Positions 36,408 through 46,900 of a stretch of DNA of 64,000 nucleotides are shown piece by piece. Made by a program: the position numbers and the translations under genes. The notes beneath the pieces are model-generated. The model searched no databases. It was not told the DNA's origin and was given only the letters and a program-made list of their open reading frames with translations. Source of the stretch: Squalus acanthias (taxonomy: Eukaryota); contig CM059431.1 in the NCBI GenBank assembly GCA_030390025.1, positions 130,264,001 through 130,328,000 of the forward strand, in the 5' to 3' direction. Positions within the stretch are counted from its first letter, which is position 1. Every line of letters starts with the position of its first letter.

Positions 36408-38251
36408 TCTATAGATATGTGAAAAGATAAAGATTAGTGAAGTCAAGCGTAGGTCCCTTGCAGTCAGAATCAGGGGAATTTATAATGGGGAACAAAGAAA
36501 TGGCAGACCAATTAAATACATACTTTGGTTCTGTCTTCACAAAGGAGGATACAAATAACCTCCCAGAGAGGTCGGGGAACATAGGGTCTAATGAGAGGGA
36601 GGAACTGAATGAAATCAGTATTTGTAGGGAAATGGTGTTAGGGAAATTGACGGGATTGAAGGCCGATAAATCACCTGGGCCTGATAATCTACATCCCAGG
36701 GTACTTAAGGAAGTGGCCCTAGAAATAGTACATGCATTGCTGGTCATCTTCCAAAATTCTATAGACTCTGGAACAGTTCCCATGGATTGGAGGGTAGCTA
36801 ATGTAACCCCACTATTTAAAAAAGGTGGTAGAGAGAAAACGGGGAATTATAGACCAGTAAGCCTGACATCGGTAGTGGGGAAAATGCTAGAGTCCATTAT
36901 AAAAGATGTAATAGCAGAGCACTTGGAAAACAGTGACAGGATCGGACAAGGTCAACATGGATTTACAAAAGGTAAATCATGCTTGACAAATCTACTGGAA
37001 TTTTTTGAGGATGTAACTGATAGAATTGATAAGGGAGAACCAGTGGATGTGGTGTATTTGGACTTTCAGAAGGCTTTCGACAAGGTCCCGCATAAGAGAT
37101 TAGCATGCAAAGTTAAAGCACATGGGATTGGGGGTAAGGTACTGACTTGGATAGAGAACTGGTTGGCAGACTGAAAGCAAAGAGTTGGAATAAACGGGTC
37201 TTTGTCCGAGTGGCAGGCACTGACTAGTGGGGTACCGCAGGAATCGGTGCTAGGACCCCAGCTATTCACAATATATATTAATGATTTAGACGAGGGAACT
37301 AGATGTAATATCTCCAAGTTTGCAGACGACACAAAGCTGGCTGGGCGTGTGTGCTGTGGGGAGGATGCAGAGAAACTCCAGTATGATTTGGACAGGTTGG
37401 GTGAGTGGGCAAATGCATGGCAGATGCAGTATAATGTGGATAAATGTGAGGTTATTCACTTTGGGGGCAAAAACAGGAAGGCAGATTATTATCTGAACGG
37501 CAATAGATTGGGAAAAGGGGAGGTGCAACGAGACCTGGGTGTCCTTGTGCACCAGTCACTGAAGGTAACCATGCAGATGCAGCAGGCGGTTAAGAAGGCA
37601 AATGGTATGTTGGCCTTCATAGCAAGAGGATTTGAGTACAGGAGCAGGGATGTCTTGCTGCAGTTGTACAGGGCCTTGGTGAGACCACACCTTGAGTATT
37701 GTGTGCAGTTTTGGTCGCCTTATCTGAGGAAGGATGTTCTTGCCATGGAGGGAGTGCAGCGAAGATTCACCAGACTGATACCTGGGATGGCAGGGATGAC
37801 GTATGAAGAGAGATTGGGTCGATTAGGCTTATACTCGCTAGAGTTTAGAAGAATGAGAGGGGATCTCATTGAAACTTATAAAATTCTAACAGGATTAGAC
37901 AGACTAGATGCAGGAAGGATGTTCCCGATGGTGGGTGAGTCCAGAACCAGAGGTCACAGTCTAAGGATAAGGGGTAAGCCATTTAGGACTGAGATGTGGA
38001 GGAATTTCTTCACCCAGAGAGTGGTGAACCTGTGGAATTCTCTACCACAGAAGGCAGTTGAGGCCAAATCATTAAATATATTCAAGAAGGAGTGAGATAT
38101 AGTTCTTAAGGCTAAAGGGATCAAGGGATATGGGGAGAAAGCAGGGACAGGGTACTGAATTTGGATGATCAGCCATGATCTCATTGAATGGCGGAGCAGG
38201 CTTGAAGGGCCGAATGGCCTATTCCTGCTCCTATCTTCTATGTTTCTATGT
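36408..38251 (+). mobile_element. 5'-truncated CR1 (RT), same subfamily as 46901-52287
   Basis: ORFs 36437-37174 and 37202-38095 are in one frame with premature stops. ttctatgtttctatg tail. Confidence 0.95.
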
Positions 38252-38264
38252 AAAGAGAGAGTGA

Positions 38265-39050
38265 GGGGCTGATTTTGCCAATGGGGGCGCGTTGGAGGCG
38301 GGACTGCTGCTTGTCGGGTTTCAGTCCCGCCTCCATCGACTTGTGGCCAACACACACTATTTTCCCTTGATTGACCTTGTTAAGCCCACCCAGCGGGCTT
38401 AGCAGGCCAACTAAGGGGAAGTCGGTTACAGAGAACGTCAGCTGTGAAGCTGTCAAACACTGACATTCTCTGTTGTTTGATGAGTCCTTGTATTCAAGAC
38501 TCATCAAACCTCTTTTGTGAGCAGAAATCAGATGGCTGTTGCATCGGAGAATGAAGCAACCATGTGTCATCTCTGCCGGTGAGATGCGGGATTCTCCAGT
38601 TACCCAACTGTTGCAGCCTGCAGGAAGAAACAAAGGTAAGTAAACATTTTCTATCACTTTTCACTCACCTCACATACTTACCTCTCCACACTTGCACCCA
38701 TCACTTATCTCCACAGCACACTTTTGCACCCCTCCGACCCCTGCAGACCCACTGCTCGCTTCGGTGACCCCGGCGGGGTTTCCCGACGTCAGGATGCTCG
38801 CACCTCTGATGGAAAAATGGGGATAATCCTCTTAACTGCCTGTTAACTACCTGTTAACAGGCAGTTAAGTGGCTGTAATGCCCTTCCCGCCTCCAGGAGA
38901 TGGGACCTGGCGCGGGTTGGCTACCTGCCTCCTGGGAAGATGGCACGGAGGCGGGTTGGGGGCGGGATGGGTACCCGCCCCCAGATTCTGCCATTTTCCC
39001 TGCAGTCCCGCCTCCAAACCCTCCTCCCCAGGGCTGGCAAAATCCAGCCC
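38265..39050. mobile_element. Harbinger-type MITE, same family as 4240-5018
   Basis: TIRs ggggctgattttgcca / tggcaaaatccagccc. Collinear with 4240-5018. Confidence 0.85.
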
Positions 39051-40124
39051 ATAGAGTTAGTGAGTGGCTCTTGAAAATGAAACTGGAGATGTGTAGGCTT
39101 CTGCATATAGTGCATCTGCTGAGAGCTGGAGATGAAGCAAGATGAAATCAGAATAGGGAGGTGATGAATGGAAAGTGGTGTGCGAAGTGAGGCAGATGTC
39201 CTGGGATGAATTGCTGGGTCTGTAAGAAGAGAATGATGTTAATGTGGGGTGTGAAGACAGCAAAGGAAGTGCTGAGTGTGTTTGGTATGAGAAAGAGAGG
39301 TGTTGCAATATGCCCTTATGATTGTATGCAGATAGATGTGATGGAGGGGAGGGAATTGTTGAGAGTGCTGGAGGAAAGGGTGAAAGGAGTGTTGGCCGGT
39401 GTTATTGATAGACATGGAGAGATGAAGAGCTGTACTTGCTACTCTTGTGAGGTCATTGAACCACTTCCTACATTGAACTCAGATCCTAGGGGTGATGCTG
39501 GTGACATTGAAAATGTCAACCACATCTGTCCATACCTGCTTGATAATGGCCCTGATATCCTCCTGCGGCTTCTGGGGAACAGAACCTCCCTCCTGGCACT
39601 GACCTCATCCATCAGGACCTCCAGGCAGGCATCATAAAACCTAGGGACTGCCCTCCAACTCATTACTGTCAAGATAATAATGTCCACCCTGCTCTAACGA
39701 AATCAGGTAGCAGGGATGCAAATTTGCTTTAAGAGGTGCATTCCTGCCTTAAATAGGGAAACTGCACTGCGATCGGGTAGGAAGCTCGTCAGTCATATTC
39801 AGATGAGGCCTAGGAGTTAAAATTGCCCAGACCTCACGCTGGCGACGTCATGTGGTTTACCGCTCGCTCTGTCCACCATCCATTCGATACCCGCTCCACG
39901 TTAAAATAGGAGCTTATATTTCAAAGTAATTAATTGCAAGGGAAGCTCTTTGGGAGATTTCTGAGAGATGTGATAAGGCAGTATATAAACCCAAATCGTT
40001 TCTTTGTGAGCCTTGATGGTGAGTGTTTACATGTTATTTGAGTATGGGATCACAATCGGGTCTAACTCTGTCCTCTTCATGCGCACATCTCAGCAGGGGT
40101 TCCCGCATACCAATCGGATTGTTC

Positions 40125-40250
40125 TTCCCTAGCCTAGAGCCACTCAGGCCAAACATAGTGCTCTCGTTACCACTCAAATTGAGATCAACTGACTCAGCAC
40201 AGTCTGAGAATGGAACCTGGTGTCCTCTAATCTGGAACCTTCAGTCACAC
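40125..40250 (-). mobile_element. Old tRNA-derived SINE, related to 21295-21460
   Basis: Minus strand ccaggttccattctcagactgtgctgagtcagttgatctca. Confidence 0.5.
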
Positions 40251-40251
40251 A

Positions 40252-40694
40252 GGGCTGAATTTTAACACCCAAAAACGGGTGAGTTGGGTCAGATGTTAAA
40301 ATTTTAAAAATCTGAAACCCAACCCCAACCCTCCCACTTCCGGGTTTAACGGAGGCGGGACAAGGAGCGGGCAGCCAACCCGTTCCCAGGAGGTGGATTG
40401 GCAATTTAAATATTTTATCGAGGCTGGCAGCCTTTGATTTAACCTCCCGCATCAGACCTGCCCCCCCGCCCCCACCGGGGTCGGGGATCGGACCCTACCT
40501 GCTCCTGCGGCCTGCTCCGGAGCCCTCTCTAACCAACCGGAAGCCAACCCTGTCAATCAGGCTGACTTCCAGGTGGGGAACCTGTCAATGACAAAAGATG
40601 CACGCTGTTGAGTTAAAACTCCACAGTATGCAGGGGTCCGAAACTCCGCTCCCCCCCCAAATCTACGTAACCCGCCGCTGTTAATATCCAGACC
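40252..40694. mobile_element. Harbinger-type MITE (~440 bp)
   Basis: Imperfect TIRs gggctgaattttaaca / tgttaatatccagacc with a GC-rich interior. Confidence 0.6.
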
Positions 40695-41708
40695 AATGTG
40701 TCAGAGGTGGCCAATTATTTAATTTGGATTTAACTTTCCATCCTTCTAAACTTTCACTGGTGTTATGAACACACCTTTAAAATAGGTGAGAAGAATTTGA
40801 TGTGAGCCCATTTGAGAGTTGATGCAGTAATTTTGCTGACGGTCATTTCTAGCCTACAGTGTATTCATAGCATATTACAGTGTCCCATTTCTTTGTGTCA
40901 AAATAAAATAATCTGAAGCATAAAACATATGAGAAGAGCCTTTTATCTTTTATTTTTCTCCTTAAATTTTCCAATTGAATAAAATGCGTGCATCACAGTT
41001 GTTTAAAATCTTGATCATCAAAAAGAATATTCTTAAAAGTACACTGCAAGGAACACTGCAATGTTAATGGTGCTTTGAGCCCAAGGATATTAAAATAAAT
41101 CAGATTATGTACAAAACTTTCTTTTCCTTGATCCTTTTCTTTGACCCAACATAGTTGCAAAGTTTTGGATTACCTATCAAAGTCAATTAAGTGCAGATTT
41201 ATTTCATTAAAAAGCTGCAGTTCAGAAAAAATCTCAGGAAACTATATATCAAAACTAGTTTTAAATTGTCATTAAATAATCTTGTTAAAGCTTGAAGACT
41301 GAAAAACTTGTATTTACAGTAAAGTAATCAGTTGACGTTTGCAATTTATGAAATTTATTGGTCGAAAGTAATTGTACTGCAGAAGTTGGACTGTAGTGCC
41401 TGCCTCCACTGTTCTGAATGACTTTTCTCCTAAATTTTGCTGCAAGCCTTATCATCTTCTGTCATCAAGAAAACCACTATGCACAATGCTAAATACAGAC
41501 ACAGTCCATCAACAGAGTGAAGAAGAACAGTTACTGACATTCATTTCCTTTGTTCTGGTCATTAGTGTCTTGCATAAAAGATGATTGAAAATCTACACAT
41601 GTTTTCTTTTAGAGAAACTGTAAGGTAGAATTGAACTCTTTGCTCTTTGACAGAATATAAGTGGATCATTGTTCAGAAGATGACATGGTACAAGTTATGC
41701 AACATGTT

Positions 41709-42461
41709 GCCCCAGAAATTGCTGGAAAATAATGCCATGTTCATGGTGTACGCCATTATTAATGCTTAAAAAACCCAGCAATTTGTGGTGAGGAAGAGAT
41801 ACACCATTAATTGCAAATCACCACAAATTGCAGGACGATTTGCCGTTATCCTCGCAAAAACGTGAACTCGCCGTTAACCTCCCTATGAGTGTCAAGAAAT
41901 TGCTGGATTTGCATCGTAAATACGAATTAATCTCACCACAGCCATTTAGGGCTGGTATTTCATGTTGTTAGGACCCTGTTAATGACGTGATTTATAGTCC
42001 TGCAATGCCACTCAAACTTGGAGGCCCAGAAAGGGAACAGTTGAAACTGTGGAGTCTCACTCCTGCAGATAGTAGATTGTTCCTAGAGGTTTTCTTTAAA
42101 TTTAAAATATTTTTCTTACTTTTCCTTTCTATGTCTTTTTTCTCCCTCTCTTAATCCAATCTCTTTCCCTGTCTTTATTTATTTTTCTGTTTCCCTCTTT
42201 ATTTCTCTTTCTGTATCTAATTTGACACTAATTCACCCTATTTCCTTCTCCATCGTTCTACCTGTTTCCTTCTCTATCCTTAAATGTAATTGGTTAGGAA
42301 GATAGACCTTTGGATCCGACGTTCACGAGGTCCCAGATGTGACGTTGATGTCACCACGCCATTAACAATTTGTATTTCCAGCAATTTGCGGCGCATAAAA
42401 AAACGATCTGAAGAGTGAGGAAAAAATCCAATTCACGGCGCAGCTCCAACAATTTCAGGGC
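41709..42461. mobile_element. Harbinger-type MITE (~750 bp)
   Basis: TIRs gccccagaaattg / caatttcagggc. Homologous to the split MITE at 15275-20571. Confidence 0.7.
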
Positions 42462-44579
42462 TAATGAATTATATAAACTCCTCTTGGAAGGGGGTTTCAC
42501 AGTTACCTCCAATTGCTGCCCATTAGCCTGCTCATTCAAGGCAGCAATTTGGTGTTGTCATTACTGGTATTTGCAGACCTTCCCCTCAAATTAATGAAGG
42601 TTCTACTCACATTGTCAAACTTGTAAATGTGACTTTCAGCTAACTGCACAAGCTCAAGATTTGCAGGCACAGGTGTTTTGTTGCTGTCAAACCATGCCGC
42701 AGTATAAACAGGCAGATCTTTATAAAGGGAGTCATGTTATATTACAGAAGCAATTTCATTATCAAAAACGTGGAGTATTAAAGATTTACCATTCTTCAAA
42801 GAGCTCAGCTTTATTCTTTCTATTCATTCATTCCAACCGTGTGCTCCATAGTAGTATTAGTTTTGATGTATTAATGAGGGTGAGAGTGACAACAGCATAC
42901 TTTAGTCATCCTTCTGGTAAAGGACTTAGGCTGTACTGGGATGCTCATTAGCAGCCAAGGGCAGCTGTAATTGGCCTCAAATATAGACACATTTGAGGGA
43001 CTCTGGAGATCTTATTTGAATCCCCTCCACTTAGATCAAAGGACTGTTATTCAAATAATTGAAATATTACTTACAAGAAATCTAAATTGATACAAGGTTG
43101 AGCTGTTTCCAAACATTAACAGACAGTTATAATACTCTCCAATATGTTTGTCTGCTGGCTCTGTTAGACTTGTCTCTCTCCATCAACTAATTGAAACCTC
43201 AGTGTCAGCTAATGAGAATTGCCCTACAAACAACCTGGCATGGTTCTAGAATGTTGTGACGAGTGTATCTAAAGACTTTTTTTATGTTGCTGATGGGGCT
43301 CCAGGAGAACAGCACTCAAGCAGAGGCCTCGACCTCTGAGCATTGCTCTTCTCTTTTTACTGTGACTATGTGCTGCCAGACCCTTGTGAGAAGTCTGATG
43401 GGAAGAGGTCTGTTATTTCATTGCACTTCCAGACACTTGAGTACCTCACCTTTAAGCCATAGTGTGGAGTCAGTGACACGAGTACAATGTCACTGTTACA
43501 GTCACACACTATCAGTACAAAAGTGTCTTGATACTTATCAACTATTGCTTCAAGTAGTGGGAGCAGCTGAAATGAGATTGTTTTATCTTTAGTGCTGCAA
43601 ATACTGGCTGTTGCTGCTGTTGCAGAAATGACCACCTTTTGTATGGTGAGTCAGTTTCTACAACAGTTGTAACTACTTTAAGCTAACTGCATGGCGGAGT
43701 ACATGTAACCTCTAGACAGTACAAACATCCCCACGTTTACCTTCCGAGTTAGCTGCCAATTTTGGCACTACTGTTGTCATCAAACTACCAAAGTAGCAGT
43801 TCTGTTATCTTTGGTTAAAATTGTTTTCAAATGTGATTAGATTTTTACAAAACATACGTGAATATGGAGAAATATTTGCTGGTAAATTATTGGGGTAGAA
43901 CAATCCCTGCACCCGAAGATGGAGTCACAAGGATCATTAGAAATTGGTCTTCAGGCATCATCTACATATCCGGGGCGAGCTACCGACACCAGTCGCACCT
44001 TCACAGGCAGCTCATCCGGCTGAAGAATTCAATTGCGGGCCGCCTGCCTCGTCTGAGGAGGAGAACAACAAGAGGGGGCCGATCACGGCCGTCAGGGATA
44101 CTGTGGAGCAGGGAGCTGCACCTTTTCAGTGACTGCCGCTTGCTGCTGGGCTGCATAGACGCCTGGAAAATCTGAATGGAGTAGTCCCAGCACTTGCCCC
44201 GCTCAGGGCAGCCCAATTTGGCACAGGGGTCCTTCAACAGGCGTTAGGCCCCTAATTAGCATATGCAAGGGACTTCCCACTGCTAAATTGGTCAACGTTG
44301 CATCCGTCTCTACTCCCTCATGTTTAATAGTTTTTAAAAAATAAATCTGAAATCTATGCAGACATTTAGTGAATATTAGTTAAATTTGGGAGATGTTCCC
44401 AAAATGTTGCCAAGTTTCATCCTTTTGAGTGTTATCAGTCTTGCACATACATAAACACAGGTGGTAGTGGTAGGTAGACGGTAGGGTATTGTAGTCTCGT
44501 GTCCTTTAAGTCTTTAATAAAAACAGAAAATGCTGGAGATACTCAGCAGGTCAGGCAGCATCTGTGAAGAGAGAAACAG

Positions 44580-44616
44580 AGTTAACGTTTCAGGTCACTG
44601 ACCTTTCGTCAGAACT
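44580..44616 (-). ncRNA. Minimal hammerhead ribozyme motif in PLE pLTR
   Basis: Minus strand reads AGTT-CTGACGA-a-aggtc(agt)gacct-GAAA-CG-TT-AACT. Confidence 0.75.
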
Positions 44617-44918
44617 AGAAAAAAGCAAGAAATGGAACAGATTTTTAAGCAAGTGTAGGGGCTGGGAAAGGGGGGAGGGGATGAAAGAACAAAAGGGAAG
44701 GTCTGTGATAGGATAGAAGGCAGGAGAGGTTAAGAGACATTAAGAGATATTCAAGGCAAAAGGAGATGGTAATGGGACAGGTTAAGAAACAAAGGATGGC
44801 TCTAGATGAAGTGTAAATTGCGCTGGCAGAATGGAAGACAGCTGCCGTGTGGGAGAGAAGAACAAAAGGCACAAACCAAAAGTGTGGATAAAAAATATAT
44901 ATATGATAGGGGCCGAGG

Positions 44919-46031
44919 TTATGATCTGAAATTGTTGAACTCTATGTTGAGTCCAGAAGGCTGTAAAGTGCCTAATCGAAAGATGAGGTGCTGTTCCTCG
45001 AGCTTACGCTGAGCTTCAGTGGAACAATGCAAGAGGCCGAGGACGGTGAGGTCTGAGTGGGAGTGGAGCGGAGAATTAAAGTGACAGGTGACCGGAAGCT
45101 CGGGGTCCCCCTTACGGACTGAACGGAGGTGTTCCTCAAAGCGGTCACCCAATCTGCGTTTGGTCTCCCCAATGCAGAGGAGACCATATCGTGAGCAGCG
45201 AATACAGTATACTAAATTGCAAGAAGTACACTGTTTCACCTGGAAGGGGTGTTTGGGGCCCTGGACAGTGGGAAGGGGGGAGGTATAAGGGCATGTGTTG
45301 CATCTCCTGCGCTTGCATGAGAAGGTGCTGGGCGAAGGGGTGTTGGGGGTGATAGAGGAGTGGACCAGGGTGTCGCGGAGGGAGCGGTGCCTTCGGAATG
45401 CTGAAAACGGAGGTGAGGGGAAGATGTGTTTGGTGGTGGGATCACGCTGGAGGTGGCGGAAACGGCGGAGGATGATCCGTTGAATGTGGAGGCTGGTAGG
45501 GTGAAAGGTGAGGACAAGGGGAACTCTATCGTGGTTCCGGGAGGGAGGGGCAGGGGTGAGAGCAGAAGTGCGGGAGATAGAACGGACACGGTCGAGGGCC
45601 GTGTCAACCACAGCAGAGGGGAATCCTCAGTTGAGGAAAAAGGAAGACATGTCGGAAGCACTGGTATGGAAGGTGGCATCATCAGAGTAGATGCGACGGA
45701 GACGGAGAAACTGGGAGAATGGAATAGAGTCCTTACAGGAGGCGGGGTGGGAGGAAGTGTAGTCCAGGTAGCTGTGGGAGTCAGTGGGCTTGTAGTGAAT
45801 GTTAGTCAATAACCTATCCCCAGAGATGGAGACGGAGAAGTCGAGGAAGGGAAGGGAAGAGTCAGAGATGGACCATGTGAAGGTGAGGGAAGGGTGGAAA
45901 TTGGAAGCAAAGTGGATGAAATTATCTAGTTCAGGGCGAGAGTAGGAAACGGCACCGATACAGTCATCAATGTACCGGAAAAAGAGGTGAGGGAGGGGAC
46001 CCGAGTAGGACTGGAACAAAGAGTGTTCCAC
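44919..46031 (-). pseudogene. Penelope-like RT/GIY-YIG ORF fragment with one in-frame stop at 45627-45629
   Basis: FRYIDDC, PFLD, YKPT.SH.YL.Y.S.HP and C..C..C motifs, then NLVYCIRC..CIGETKRRLGDRF.EH and PSGLN. Confidence 0.9.
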
Positions 46032-46095
46032 AGATAAGAGTTTCCTTTAAGTCTTTGCTGTTTTCTTTGTTGGGAAAACTGTAATTGTGGTCATT

Positions 46096-46112
46096 CTGCC
46101 CCCTAGTGGTCA
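46096..46112 (-). promoter_or_regulatory. CTCF-like binding motif
   Basis: Minus strand TGACCACTAGGGGGCAG fits the CTCF core CCASYAGRKGGCRS. It lies in AT-rich non-repeat DNA. Confidence 0.5.
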
Positions 46113-46900
46113 ATATTTAAATTTTTAAATTTCAGAAACTTTCCTGTTAACAGAAGGAAAGCTTCCTTTTAAGTGACTAATATATTTTTATTAAAAACAA
46201 AATATCAACAAAAGAGCCTCTCTGAAAAAAATTAAGTATTGGCTAATATGATACCGTTGTTGGGCAGAGTTGATTTTAAAGGATTATGACTAAAGTTGTA
46301 AGTTTGTGACGCACTGAAGCCTGTAGCTAATTATTTTGTAAACTAACATATTTTGATTAAAGTTATATTTTTTAAAGGATGCTCAAATTCAGTAATCCCA
46401 GCAGAAGCATCCATTAACACATAAATTAATCAAATTAAACTGAAAATGGATTGTGTTCATACATTTCTATTTTGTTATAAATTAGTACTGGTAAGTTTAG
46501 CCAGAATACAGTTTGTTGGAATTTCATCAAGCTATGAAAACTAATAAACCCTGAGAGTATGTCTGGCTCAGATGTTATAAAACTACAAAGAATTTGCACC
46601 AATGTTTCCAAGAAAAATGATAAAGAACAAAGTAAATAATCATATAATCATGTATCTGTATCTCATTTCTGTGAAAATGCATTATATAACCACAATGAAA
46701 CAATGTTGGAAAAAAAGTCATGCAAAATACCATTATAGTGCTATTAAGATTGCGGAAGATTGGAACAAGTACAGCTGTTTGTGTGTGTTTTCTCTTCAAC
46801 TTACAGAACAGTATTACTGGTTGGGTTGTTATCTCATCTGTGAGAAGCGAAGTATATATTCCACGTTAAAGAGACAAGAGTCATGTGTCACATTCTGTTT

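Larger units (their letters stand above)
36296..39913 (-). mobile_element. Decayed Harbinger element E (Myb-like exon 1 at ~39435-39663, exon 2 at ~36300-36402), split by a CR1 and a MITE
   Basis: WRAVPRFYDACLEVLMDEVSARREVLF for exon 1. ag|HKTAPNARERNKTG matches exon 2 of elements C and D. Left boundary unknown. Confidence 0.6.
44516..46042 (-). mobile_element. 5'-truncated Penelope-like element (RT C-terminus, GIY-YIG endonuclease, pLTR)
   Basis: 14-bp TSD tcctttaagtcttt (44502-44515, 46043-46056), plus the coding motifs listed in the next PLE feature. Confidence 0.95.
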
